64,000 bases of DNA, taken from Candidatus Latescibacterota bacterium (GTDB lineage Bacteria; Krumholzibacteriota; Krumholzibacteriia; WVZY01; JAKEHA01). The notes beneath the pieces were generated by a model. That model saw only the letters and a program-made list of their open reading frames with translations, searched no databases and had not been told where the DNA came from. Of this stretch, positions 47,467 through 56,727 are shown piece after piece. Every line of letters starts with the position of its first letter. The stretch's first letter is position 1. The translations under genes were made by a program, and so were the position numbers. The stretch covers positions 292,989-356,988 of the forward strand of contig CAVTNQ010000002.1 in NCBI GenBank assembly GCA_963736125.1, read 5' to 3'.

Positions 47467-50160
47467 ATGTCTCTCGTTCCCGGCACCAGACTCGGCCCCT
47501 ACGAAATCCTCTCGCCCCTCGGCGCGGGTGGCATGGGCGAAGTCTATCGTGCGCGCGACACGCGCCTGGGCCGCGACGTGGCGATCAAGGTGCTGCCGCA
47601 GCATCTCTCGTCGAACGCGGAAGTGCGCGCGCGCTTCGAGCGCGAAGCGAAGACGGTGTCGGGATTGAATCACCCGCACATCTGCACGCTCTTCGACGTC
47701 GGCCGCGAAGGGGAGACGGACTATCTGGTCATGGAACTCATCGACGGTGAAACGCTGGCAACGCGGCTCGCGCGCGGGGCCCTGCCGACCCCCGACGTGC
47801 TTCGCACCGGCACCGAGATCGCGGATGCGCTCGACCGCGCGCACCGCGCCGGTGTCGTCCACCGCGACTTGAAGCCGGGCAACGTCATGTTGACCAAGAG
47901 CGGTGCCAAGCTCATGGACTTCGGGCTCGCGCGCGCGACGGGGCTCGCGGGTTCGCCGGGCAGCGGGGCGTCGATCGCGGCGCTCACGCAATCGCCGACG
48001 GTTGCACACCCTCTCACCGCGGAAGGGACCATCGTCGGGACGTTTCAATACATGTCGCCCGAGCAGCTCGAAGGCGGCGAAGCGGACGCGCGCAGCGACC
48101 TATGGGCGATGGGCTGCGTCTTGTACGAGATGGCGACGGGCAAGCGCGCTTTCGAAGGAAAGAGCCAGGCGTCGTTGATCACGTCGATCATGGGGACGGA
48201 GCCCGCACCGGTTTCGCAGGTGGCGCCGACCGCACCACCCGCGCTCGAGCAACTCGTGCGCGCGTGCTTGGCGAAGGATCCCGCCGACCGCGTGCAGAGC
48301 GCCCACGATGTGAAGCTGCAGCTCTCGTGGATGGCGCAAGCGGGGTCGCAAGCGGGTGCACCGCGGCCCGCAGTCAAGCGGCGTCGAAGCCGCGACGCGC
48401 TGGCGTGGGCCGTCACCGCCGCGGCCGTTGTGGTTGCGATCGGCGCGTTCGTTTTGTCGAAGAAACCCACTGCCGGTTCACCGGCGGTGTATGCGTACTT
48501 GCAACCGCCGCACGGCGTGTTGTTTTCGTCGAGCACGGACCGGCCCTTGCCGCTGGCGATTTCGCGCGACGGTTCGACCATCGCGTTTTGCGCGCGCGAC
48601 GGAGAAGGCCCCGATCTCTTGTGGGTGCGCTCACTCGGCAACGACGACGCGCACCCCATCCCCGGGACCGAGGGAGCACAGGGACCGTTCTTCTCGCCGG
48701 ATGGGCGCTCGCTGGGATTTTTCGCCAACAACGAACTCAAGCGCGTCGACGTGGCCGGCGGTCCGGTGATCTCCCTCGCCAGCGGCATTGATCAACGCGG
48801 CGGGACCTGGAACCGCGACGGCGTCATTCTGTTCACTGGTAACTCGTACGGCCCGGTTTCGACGATCCCGGCGGACGGGGGTAGCGTGACCGCCGCGACG
48901 GCTCTCGACACGACGCGCGCCGAGACCACGCACCGATATCCTCACTTTCTTCCCGACGGACGACATTTTCTTTATTTGGCGCGCCGGGCCGGCGCGGGTG
49001 CGGGCGAAAACCCGACCATCTACGTGGCCGAACTTGGATCCAACACGCGCAAAGCATTGATGGAGGTGGCCTCCAATATTGCGTACGCGTCGGGTCACCT
49101 CATCTATATCCGCGGCGGAGTCTTGGTCGCGCAACGTTTCGATACCGGAAAGCTGGCCGTCGAAGGACCCGCCATCCCGTTGGTCGACGATGCGCGCATC
49201 GACACTCGATTCAGCCGGGGTGTGTTTGCGGTGTCGGAGAACGGCGTTCTCATCTGCATGACGGGGCGTGATCAGACGCGTACGCAGTTGCGCTGGCTGG
49301 ATCGCGCCGGGAAACCGTTGGGCGACGTCGGCGAGCCCGCGGACTACACGTATGGGGGCACACCCTGTATTTCCCCCGACGGAAGGAGCACCGTCATGCC
49401 GATTGCGAACGTCGACCGCGGTGTCTCCGATGTGTGGGTGGTCGATCTCGAATCGGGTCGGCGCCGGAAGCTCACCGTCGACACGCTCGACCATCCCGGC
49501 GCGCAGTGGCAGCCCGGTGGTCGGTCGGCGGTGGTGAGTACGAACACCACGTCGGGGAACGGTTCTCTCGAAGCGATGCAGTTCGATGGGAGACAGGAGA
49601 ACCTCGTCAAGTCGACCGCCGATTTCATGTGGCCCGAGTCGACCTTCGGGGACCGGTTGCTCTACTCGATCGAAACCCCGAAGAATGGGAGCGAGATCTA
49701 CCTCGCGTCGTTGTCGGGCGAAGCCAAGCCGGAAAAGTTTTTCGACACGCCGGCGCGAGTGTCGAGCGCGCAGTTTTCGCCCGACGGACGCTTCGTCGCG
49801 TACGTGTCCGACGAAACCGGACGCCCCGAGGTGTTCGTCGCGGCGTTTCCGCAGCCCGGGGGGCGTTGGCAGGCGTCGCAATCGGGGGGCATCGAGCCGC
49901 GCTGGAATCGAAACGGTCGCGAGCTGTTCTTCGTCGACCCCGAGAATCATGTCGTGTCGCTCGATGTGGAATTCGGTGCGGGTGGGTTCCGGGCCGGAGC
50001 GGCGCGCCCGCTTTTCCAATGGCACGGTTCGGCGGGGCTATGGCGATACGACGTCGCGCCGGACGGAAGTCGATTCCTCGTGGCGGCGGCTCTCGAAGAG
50101 GATCTGGCCCGGCCGGTGACGATTCTCACCGACTGGACGCGAAAGGTCGAAGGGCGCTGA
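47467..50160 (+). CDS. Membrane Ser/Thr protein kinase with TolB-like beta-propeller ectodomain (paralogue 2)
   Basis: Same architecture as paralogue 1; intact 897 aa; the kinase domain is about 90% identical to paralogues 1 and 3. Confidence 0.8.
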   Translation: MSLVPGTRLGPYEILSPLGAGGMGEVYRARDTRLGRDVAIKVLPQHLSSNAEVRARFEREAKTVSGLNHPHICTLFDVGREGETDYLVMELIDGETLATRLARGALPTPDVLRTGTEIADALDRAHRAGVVHRDLKPGNVMLTKSGAKLMDFGLARATGLAGSPGSGASIAALTQSPTVAHPLTAEGTIVGTFQYMSPEQLEGGEADARSDLWAMGCVLYEMATGKRAFEGKSQASLITSIMGTEPAPVSQVAPTAPPALEQLVRACLAKDPADRVQSAHDVKLQLSWMAQAGSQAGAPRPAVKRRRSRDALAWAVTAAAVVVAIGAFVLSKKPTAGSPAVYAYLQPPHGVLFSSSTDRPLPLAISRDGSTIAFCARDGEGPDLLWVRSLGNDDAHPIPGTEGAQGPFFSPDGRSLGFFANNELKRVDVAGGPVISLASGIDQRGGTWNRDGVILFTGNSYGPVSTIPADGGSVTAATALDTTRAETTHRYPHFLPDGRHFLYLARRAGAGAGENPTIYVAELGSNTRKALMEVASNIAYASGHLIYIRGGVLVAQRFDTGKLAVEGPAIPLVDDARIDTRFSRGVFAVSENGVLICMTGRDQTRTQLRWLDRAGKPLGDVGEPADYTYGGTPCISPDGRSTVMPIANVDRGVSDVWVVDLESGRRRKLTVDTLDHPGAQWQPGGRSAVVSTNTTSGNGSLEAMQFDGRQENLVKSTADFMWPESTFGDRLLYSIETPKNGSEIYLASLSGEAKPEKFFDTPARVSSAQFSPDGRFVAYVSDETGRPEVFVAAFPQPGGRWQASQSGGIEPRWNRNGRELFFVDPENHVVSLDVEFGAGGFRAGAARPLFQWHGSAGLWRYDVAPDGSRFLVAAALEEDLARPVTILTDWTRKVEGR

Positions 50161-50169
50161 CCGCGCGCG

Positions 50170-52869
50170 ATGACGTTGAACATCGGCACCAAACTCGGTC
50201 CCTACGAAATCCTCTCGCCATTGGGCGCGGGTGGGATGGGCGAAGTCTATCGCGCGCGCGACACGCGCCTGGGTCGCGACGTGGCGATCAAGGTGCTCCC
50301 GCAGCACCTGTCGTCGAATGCGGAAGTACGCGCGCGCTTCGAGCGCGAAGCGAAGACGGTGTCGGGATTGAATCACCCGCACATCTGCACGCTCTTCGAC
50401 GTCGGTCGCGAAGGCGACACCGACTTCTTGGTGATGGAGTTGATCGAAGGCGAAACGCTGGCGACGCGTCTCTCGCGCGGCGCGCTCCCGACCGCCGACG
50501 TGCTAAGACTCGGCACCGAAATCGCCGACGCACTCGACCGCGCGCACCGCGCCGGCATCGTCCACCGCGACTTGAAACCGGGCAACGTCATGCTGACCAA
50601 GTCGGGTGCGAAGTTGATGGACTTCGGACTCGCGCGCGCCACCGGGCTCGCCAGCTCGTCGGGCAGCGGCGCGTCGCTCCTCACGCAATCGCCCACCGTC
50701 GCGCATCCGCTCACCGCGGAAGGGACGATCGTCGGCACGTTCCAATACATGTCGCCCGAGCAGCTCGAGGGCAAAGAAGCCGACGTGCGCAGCGACTTGT
50801 GGGCGCTCGGGTGTGTGCTCTACGAAATGGCGACGGGCAAGCGCGCGTTCGACGGTGCCAGCCAGGCGTCTCTGATTTCGTCGATCATGTCGTCGAACCC
50901 GGCGCCGATTTCGCAGGTATCGTCGATGGCGCCGCCGGCGCTCGATCGCCTGGTGCAAGCGTGCTTGGTAAAGGATCCCGCCGACCGCATCCAGAGCGCG
51001 CACGACGTGAAGCTGCAATTGGGTTGGATCTCCGACGGCGGTTCGCAAGCGGGAGTCCCGAAAGTTGTCGCGAAGAAGCGCCGCGGTCGCGAACGCCTGG
51101 GCTGGTCGATCGCGGTCGGGCTCGCACTCTTGAGCGGCGCGTTGGGTCGTCAGCTCACGATGAAGTCCAGGGGACACGACCTCGTCACGCGCACGACCAT
51201 CGCGGCGCCGTCGGGGACGCACCTCGAGATTTCGGGCGACGACGCGGGTCCGCCCGCCATCTCACCCGACGGGACGATGTTGGTGTTCTCCGCCGTGGGC
51301 GCGGGCGCGGGCAAGCGTCTCTGGCTCCGGCGTCTCGACGAAATGACCGCGCGACCGTTGCAGGGCACCGACGAAGCGAGCTATCCGTTCTGGTCGCCGG
51401 ACAGCAAGTCGATCGGCTTCTTCAGTCCGACCAAACTCAAGCGACTCGATCTCGCGCAAGGTTCCGTCATCGCGCTGTCGGATTCGGTGGACGCGGCACG
51501 CGGAGGCACGTGGTCGTCGACCGGCGTCATTCTCTTTACGCCCAAGTTCGGCGCCGGTCTTTACCAGGTGCCGGCTTCCGGCGGTTCGCTGCGTGCGGTG
51601 ACAACACTCGACACCACGCTCGAAACGACGCACCGCTTTCCGCAGTTCTTGCCCGACGGACGCCACTTCATCTACTTGTCGGCCAACCACGAAGACCCCG
51701 ACGGCAACTCGTCGGCCATCTACTACGCCTCCCTCGACGGCGGCGACCGGCGTCGCTTGATCACGTCGAAGAGCAACGCCGTCTACGCGCAGGGTTTTCT
51801 CCTGTTCGTGCGCGACAGCACCTTGATGGCGCAGGAATTCGACGCGTCCAAGGGACAGTTGAAAGGCGCGCCGCGCGCGACGCGCGAAGTCGTCCAGCTC
51901 GATCGCTCGACGTGGAACGCAACCATTACAGCGGCGGAGAACGGTGTGTTGGTCTACGGCCTCGGCGGATGGGCGGGCAACAACCGCATCGTGATGGTCG
52001 ATCGCTCGGGGGTCCGGGTGCGCGACTTGGTTGCGTCCGGCAATTTCCTCAACATCGATCTGGCACCGGATGAACACCGGTTGGTGTACGAATGGCAGCA
52101 AACACCGCTGGCCGACGACTGGATCCTCGATCTCACGACGGGAACGCGGTCGCGCATCACCACCAATCCCGACGACGAGTCGTATCCGATCTGGCTCTCC
52201 GACGGAAAGCGGATCGCGTACGGCGGACGGCGTTCGAGCCGCTACCGCATCTTTTTGAAGCGTGCGGACGGTGCTGGTGACGAAACTCAATTCCTCGAGG
52301 ACCCGAACGTCGACGTGTGGCCGGTCGACGCGTCGGCGGACGGAAGATGGCTGGTGTTCGGTAAGGGCCAGGCGTCGGGAACGGCGCACGGCTCGTTATG
52401 GATGGCGTCGCTCACGGGTGGTTCGCCGCCGCGACAATTGCTCGCGGCCGCCGACGACTTCCAAGGCGCGCAGTTCTCGCGCGACGGAAAGTGGCTTGCG
52501 TTTTCCGCCAACGTGTCGGGTCGAACGGAAGTCTACGTGTCGCCGGTTCCGTCCGGTGACGAAGGACTCCAAGCCCGCTGGCAGGTGTCGGGAAACGGCG
52601 GCGACCGCCCCCGCTGGCGCGCGGATAGTCGCGAGCTCTTCTACGTGCGGGCCGACGGCATGATCATGGCCGTCTCGGTGGACGGAACCGGGGCGGAGTT
52701 TCGCGTGGTCGGCGAAAAAGCGCTGTTTCAAGTATTCCAGCGCATCCTGTTGCAGACCATCTGTGTGACCGGCGACGGCGAGCGCTTCGTCGTCAATACG
52801 CTCGGCGGCGACGAAGACGAACCGCTGGCGGTCGTCACCAACTGGCTCCAGACGCTCCCGCAGCAGTAG
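50170..52869 (+). CDS. Membrane Ser/Thr protein kinase with TolB-like beta-propeller ectodomain (paralogue 3)
   Basis: Same architecture; intact 899 aa. Confidence 0.8.
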   Translation: MTLNIGTKLGPYEILSPLGAGGMGEVYRARDTRLGRDVAIKVLPQHLSSNAEVRARFEREAKTVSGLNHPHICTLFDVGREGDTDFLVMELIEGETLATRLSRGALPTADVLRLGTEIADALDRAHRAGIVHRDLKPGNVMLTKSGAKLMDFGLARATGLASSSGSGASLLTQSPTVAHPLTAEGTIVGTFQYMSPEQLEGKEADVRSDLWALGCVLYEMATGKRAFDGASQASLISSIMSSNPAPISQVSSMAPPALDRLVQACLVKDPADRIQSAHDVKLQLGWISDGGSQAGVPKVVAKKRRGRERLGWSIAVGLALLSGALGRQLTMKSRGHDLVTRTTIAAPSGTHLEISGDDAGPPAISPDGTMLVFSAVGAGAGKRLWLRRLDEMTARPLQGTDEASYPFWSPDSKSIGFFSPTKLKRLDLAQGSVIALSDSVDAARGGTWSSTGVILFTPKFGAGLYQVPASGGSLRAVTTLDTTLETTHRFPQFLPDGRHFIYLSANHEDPDGNSSAIYYASLDGGDRRRLITSKSNAVYAQGFLLFVRDSTLMAQEFDASKGQLKGAPRATREVVQLDRSTWNATITAAENGVLVYGLGGWAGNNRIVMVDRSGVRVRDLVASGNFLNIDLAPDEHRLVYEWQQTPLADDWILDLTTGTRSRITTNPDDESYPIWLSDGKRIAYGGRRSSRYRIFLKRADGAGDETQFLEDPNVDVWPVDASADGRWLVFGKGQASGTAHGSLWMASLTGGSPPRQLLAAADDFQGAQFSRDGKWLAFSANVSGRTEVYVSPVPSGDEGLQARWQVSGNGGDRPRWRADSRELFYVRADGMIMAVSVDGTGAEFRVVGEKALFQVFQRILLQTICVTGDGERFVVNTLGGDEDEPLAVVTNWLQTLPQQ

Positions 52870-52895
52870 CACGCATCCTCTAGGGCGCAGCACCG

Positions 52896-52917
52896 CGTTT
52901 GCGCTACAATCCGGCGA
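52896..52917 (+). promoter_or_regulatory. Conserved kinase-gene leader motif CGTTTG(C/G)GCTACAATCC(G/C)GCGA immediately upstream of the ATG (possible -10 TACAAT driving a leaderless mRNA)
   Basis: The 25-nt block including the ATG is 23/25 identical to 56645..56669; TACAAT sits 7 nt before the ATG with no SD. Confidence 0.3.
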
Positions 52918-55890
52918 ATGCTTTCCCCCGGCACCCAACTCGGTCCCTACGAAATCGCGACACCGCTCGGAGCGGGCGGCATGGGCGAAGTGTATCGCGC
53001 GCGCGACACGCGCCTGGGCCGCGAAGTTGCCATCAAGGTTCTCCCGCGTCATCTCGCATCGAATCCGGAAATGCGCGCGCGCTTCGAGCGCGAAGCGTCC
53101 GCCATCGCGACACTCAAGCACCCGAGCATCGTCACCATTCATTCCATCGAGGAAGCGGCCGGCGTCCATTTCATGGTGATGGAGTTGGTGGAAGGCCGAA
53201 CCCTCGCCGACATCATCGCGGACGGCGAAATGTCACTCGAGCGATTCCTCGCGATCGCGGAGCCGCTCGCCGACGGCGTGGCGGCCGCGCACGCGAAGGG
53301 CATCATCCATCGCGACCTCAAACCCGCCAATATTCTCGTCGACGCCAACGGGCGCGTGAAGATTCTCGATTTCGGATTGGCGAAGCTCGCCGAGAAGACG
53401 TTTTCCGATTCGGACCAGACGGTCGGTTCGGAATCGCACACGCGCGACGGCCAGATTCTCGGCACGGTGGCGTACATGTCGCCCGAGCAAGCGGAGGGAC
53501 TCCCGGTCGACCTGCGATCGGACGTCTTTTCGCTGGGCATCGTCTTCTACGAGATGGCGACGGGGAAGAATCCTTTCCAGCGCGCGACCGTGGTCTCGAC
53601 GCTGTCGGCCATCTTGAAAGACACGCCCCCGTCGATCGTGGACCTGCGACCGTTGCCGGCGGCGCTCAACGACATCGTCGCGCACTGCCTCGAGAAGTCG
53701 CCCGCGCAGCGCTATCCGTCGGCGGCCGCGCTGCGCGACGACCTTCGCGTCTTGCAGACGAACACGACGGCGGAGAAGTTGGTGGCGGCGAAACGCGTGT
53801 CGCTGCTCGCAACACTGCGCAAGCCCCGTGTCGCCGTACCCGTGGCGGCGTTGGTGATCGCGCTGGGCGGGGTCGCCGCGTGGGTTCACCATCGCTCGAC
53901 GCGAACGCGCTGGGCGCGACAAGTGGCGCTGCCGGAAATCGAGCGCTTGCTCGACGCGACACCGTGGACCGGCGGTGCGGGGATGTGGAAAGCCTACGAA
54001 CTCGGTAACGAGGCCGCGCGCTTCCTCCCCGACGATCCCGTCCTGCTCGCTCTCGAAGAACGGTACTCCGAGCCGATGACCCTTCACACCGAGCCATCCG
54101 ATGCGCGCGTCTATGCCCGGCCGTTTGCGGCGGCGGATACCGCGTGGACGCTCGTCGGCAAGACTCCCATCGACACGCTGCGCTTCGTGCGCGGCGTTTT
54201 CCGAATCAAGATCGAGAAGAACGGCTACCTGACGGCCAACGACCTGTTCTGGAACGGCTTCTACGACGAGAATGATCGTGTCTACGAATTGAAACGTTCC
54301 GACCAAGTCCCGCGCGGGATGGTGTTCGTTTCGGGTCAAGCGCCGCTCGTGCGATCGGACGGAGTCACCGAGGGCGTGCACATGCCGGGCATCGAGCACT
54401 TGGCACCGCAGAAACTGGGTGATTTCTTCGTCGATCGTTTCGAAGTGACCAACCGCGTCTACAAGCAATTCGTCGACGCGGGCGGTTATGGCGATCCGTC
54501 GTTCTGGAAGGAGCCGTTCATCGAGAACGGACGCACCGTGAAATGGAAGGACGCCATGGCGCGCTTCGTCGACTCGACGCAACGCCCCGGGCCGGCCGGT
54601 TGGGAAGTGGGGGATTATCCGGACGGAAACGACCGCTTTCCCGTCACGGGCATCAGCTGGTATGAAGCGGCGGCCTTCGCCGAGTTCGCCGGTAAGCAAC
54701 TTCCCACCATCTATCACTGGGACCGCGTGGCGCTCACGTGGGCGAGCGGCGACATCGTGCCGCTGAGTAACCTGACCACCAATGGGCTCGTGAACGTGGG
54801 CAGCACGGAGGGAATGAATCGCTACGGTGCCTTCGACCTCGCCGGTAATGCACGCGAGTGGTGCGCCAACGCCACCAGCCGGGGCGATCGTTTCATCTTG
54901 GGCGGCGGTTGGAACGATCCCGCGTATGCATTCAACGACGCCTACGCGCAGTCGCCGTGGGATCGTTCGGAGACCAACGGCTTTCGGTGCATTCGATATA
55001 TCGGGGCCGACGTCGACCGCGTGGCCTTGTCGGACACCGTCGAGGTTCCATTTCGCGATTTTCTAAACGAACCGGCCGTGTCGGACGAGACGTTCGCGCT
55101 GTACACCAACCAATTCCGCTACGACAAGACTCCGCTCGACGCGGACATCGAAGGGACCTCGGAAACCGACGACTACGTGCGCCAGAAGATTGCGTTCGAC
55201 GCGGCGTACGGCGGCGAGCGCATGACGGCGTATCTGTTTCTGCCGAAGAAGAGCACGCCTCCCTATCAAACGGTCGTATACTTTCCGGGATCGGGGTCGA
55301 TCCACACGCGATCGAGCGCGGACCTCTCTCCGGGCACGAGCGATTTCTTCCTGAAGAGCGGACGCGCGTTCTTGTGGCCGGTGTTGAAGAGTACCTACGA
55401 ACGCGGCGACGACCAGACCTCCGACTACGCGGACGAAAGCAATCGCTACAAGGACCACGTGGTGATGTGGACGAAGGACATCATGCGGTCGATCGACTAC
55501 TTGGAGACGCGCGCGGACATCGACGCGAGCCGGCTCGCCTTCCTGGGCCAAAGTTGGGGAGCCGAGTTGGCGCCGGTCGTGCTCGCGGTCGAGCCGCGAC
55601 TCAAGGCGGGCATCCTGGTGGTGGCCGGACTGGGCTTTCAGCGCTCGCAGCCGGAGGCCGATCCGATGAGCTACATTCGCCACGTGCTCGCACCCGTCGT
55701 CATGCTCAATGGGAAGTACGACTTCTTCTTTCCGTACGAGACGTCGCAGGTTCCCTTCTACGAGCTTCTTGGAACTCCAAGAGATCACAAGAAGCTTGTC
55801 GTGTACGAATTCGGCCACGCCATTCCCGCGACGGATCGCGCGCGCGAATCACTGGCGTGGCTGGATCGCTATCTAGGCCCGGTTCGATGA
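52918..55890 (+). CDS. Membrane Ser/Thr protein kinase fused to an FGE-sulfatase (SUMF1-like) domain and a C-terminal alpha/beta-hydrolase domain
   Basis: Kinase motifs ([18 protein letters not shown]); a TM helix; FGE-sulfatase-like region ([36 protein letters not shown]); then an alpha/beta-hydrolase with the nucleophile elbow GQSWGA. Confidence 0.7.
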   Translation: MLSPGTQLGPYEIATPLGAGGMGEVYRARDTRLGREVAIKVLPRHLASNPEMRARFEREASAIATLKHPSIVTIHSIEEAAGVHFMVMELVEGRTLADIIADGEMSLERFLAIAEPLADGVAAAHAKGIIHRDLKPANILVDANGRVKILDFGLAKLAEKTFSDSDQTVGSESHTRDGQILGTVAYMSPEQAEGLPVDLRSDVFSLGIVFYEMATGKNPFQRATVVSTLSAILKDTPPSIVDLRPLPAALNDIVAHCLEKSPAQRYPSAAALRDDLRVLQTNTTAEKLVAAKRVSLLATLRKPRVAVPVAALVIALGGVAAWVHHRSTRTRWARQVALPEIERLLDATPWTGGAGMWKAYELGNEAARFLPDDPVLLALEERYSEPMTLHTEPSDARVYARPFAAADTAWTLVGKTPIDTLRFVRGVFRIKIEKNGYLTANDLFWNGFYDENDRVYELKRSDQVPRGMVFVSGQAPLVRSDGVTEGVHMPGIEHLAPQKLGDFFVDRFEVTNRVYKQFVDAGGYGDPSFWKEPFIENGRTVKWKDAMARFVDSTQRPGPAGWEVGDYPDGNDRFPVTGISWYEAAAFAEFAGKQLPTIYHWDRVALTWASGDIVPLSNLTTNGLVNVGSTEGMNRYGAFDLAGNAREWCANATSRGDRFILGGGWNDPAYAFNDAYAQSPWDRSETNGFRCIRYIGADVDRVALSDTVEVPFRDFLNEPAVSDETFALYTNQFRYDKTPLDADIEGTSETDDYVRQKIAFDAAYGGERMTAYLFLPKKSTPPYQTVVYFPGSGSIHTRSSADLSPGTSDFFLKSGRAFLWPVLKSTYERGDDQTSDYADESNRYKDHVVMWTKDIMRSIDYLETRADIDASRLAFLGQSWGAELAPVVLAVEPRLKAGILVVAGLGFQRSQPEADPMSYIRHVLAPVVMLNGKYDFFFPYETSQVPFYELLGTPRDHKKLVVYEFGHAIPATDRARESLAWLDRYLGPVR

Positions 55891-55987
55891 GTCGCGTCGC
55901 GGTTCCACATGGATAGAAGAAACGGCCATCCCGGATTTCCGGGGTGGCCGTTCTCGTGACTCGGTCGAAGCGGTGTCTACCGGGTGA

Positions 55988-56545
55988 CTACCGATAGAGC
56001 GCCTTGATACTCCCCCACGTGGACGAGTTGGTGGGGAGCGGGTTGCTCTCGACCGTGAGTTCGATCGTCCAGGTGGCGGCAACGACGGCGAATCCCGTTG
56101 TGACCTCGCACTTGTACTGCCCGTCGACGATGATCGGAATGATCGGGTTCACCAGGCTGAACGGGGCATTCGTGATGTTGTCGCCGGCCTTCGCCACCGC
56201 ATGGGACACGACGGTTCCAAACGGCGGGGCCGCGGCGACCGGGCCGGACATGTCGAAGCTTGAAATGTCGCGGGGGTTGCTCGCAGAATACACCCAATGG
56301 ATGCTCACGATCGAAAGACCGGCGGGCAGGTTGGCGAAGAATGAGTCCTGCGTATTCGACGTCGGCGTGGGTCCAATGGTGCCCGTCCATACGTTGACGC
56401 CGATATCGAGCACGAACGTGGGCGGGTTGGATTGGTCGAGATCGCCATCGACCGCTTCGTTATAGCTGACGGGCGCGGCCACGCCTGCCCCGACGAGGGC
56501 CAGCGATACCAAAGCGCACAGGAAGCCGACTCTTGCAGTTGTCAT
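55988..56545 (-). CDS. Hypothetical secreted protein
   Basis: ATG at 56545 preceded by a GGAGG SD; signal peptide MTTARVGFLCALVSLALVGAGVAAP; about 185 aa; no confident domain assignment. Confidence 0.5.
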   Translation of the reverse strand: MTTARVGFLCALVSLALVGAGVAAPVSYNEAVDGDLDQSNPPTFVLDIGVNVWTGTIGPTPTSNTQDSFFANLPAGLSIVSIHWVYSASNPRDISSFDMSGPVAAAPPFGTVVSHAVAKAGDNITNAPFSLVNPIIPIIVDGQYKCEVTTGFAVVAATWTIELTVESNPLPTNSSTWGSIKALYR

Positions 56546-56644
56546 GGGGAAACCTCCGATTGAGTTGTTGTGATTACGTAATGGCTCCGTCCGGTCTCCC
56601 ACTTTCGTTCTCGGACACTTAACAGCGTACACGACTTGGTTCCC

Positions 56645-56720
56645 CGTTTGGGCTACAATCCCGCGAATGCGAATCATCGGAAAAAACATCTCGCATTACG
56701 AGATCGTCGAGAGGAGGTGA
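56645..56720 (+). other. Relic 5' end of a Ser/Thr kinase paralogue: the conserved leader motif plus a 17-codon ORF (MRIIGKNISHYEIVERR) that ends in the selD ribosome-binding site
   Basis: Leader motif 23/25 identical to the one upstream of kinase 4; the peptide keeps the G5 and YEI(V/A) register of the kinase N-termini, then stops; its final codons (AGG AGG TGA) form the SD for selD. Confidence 0.45.
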
Positions 56721-56727
56721 CAATCCC

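Noticed and set aside
55988-56689. The ORF-track N-terminal extension of the secreted hypothetical protein (233 aa)
   Set aside because: The first 48 codons overlap the kinase relic and selD promoter region and lack an SD. The internal ATG at 56545 is preceded by GGAGG and opens a textbook signal peptide, so the shorter gene model is preferred.
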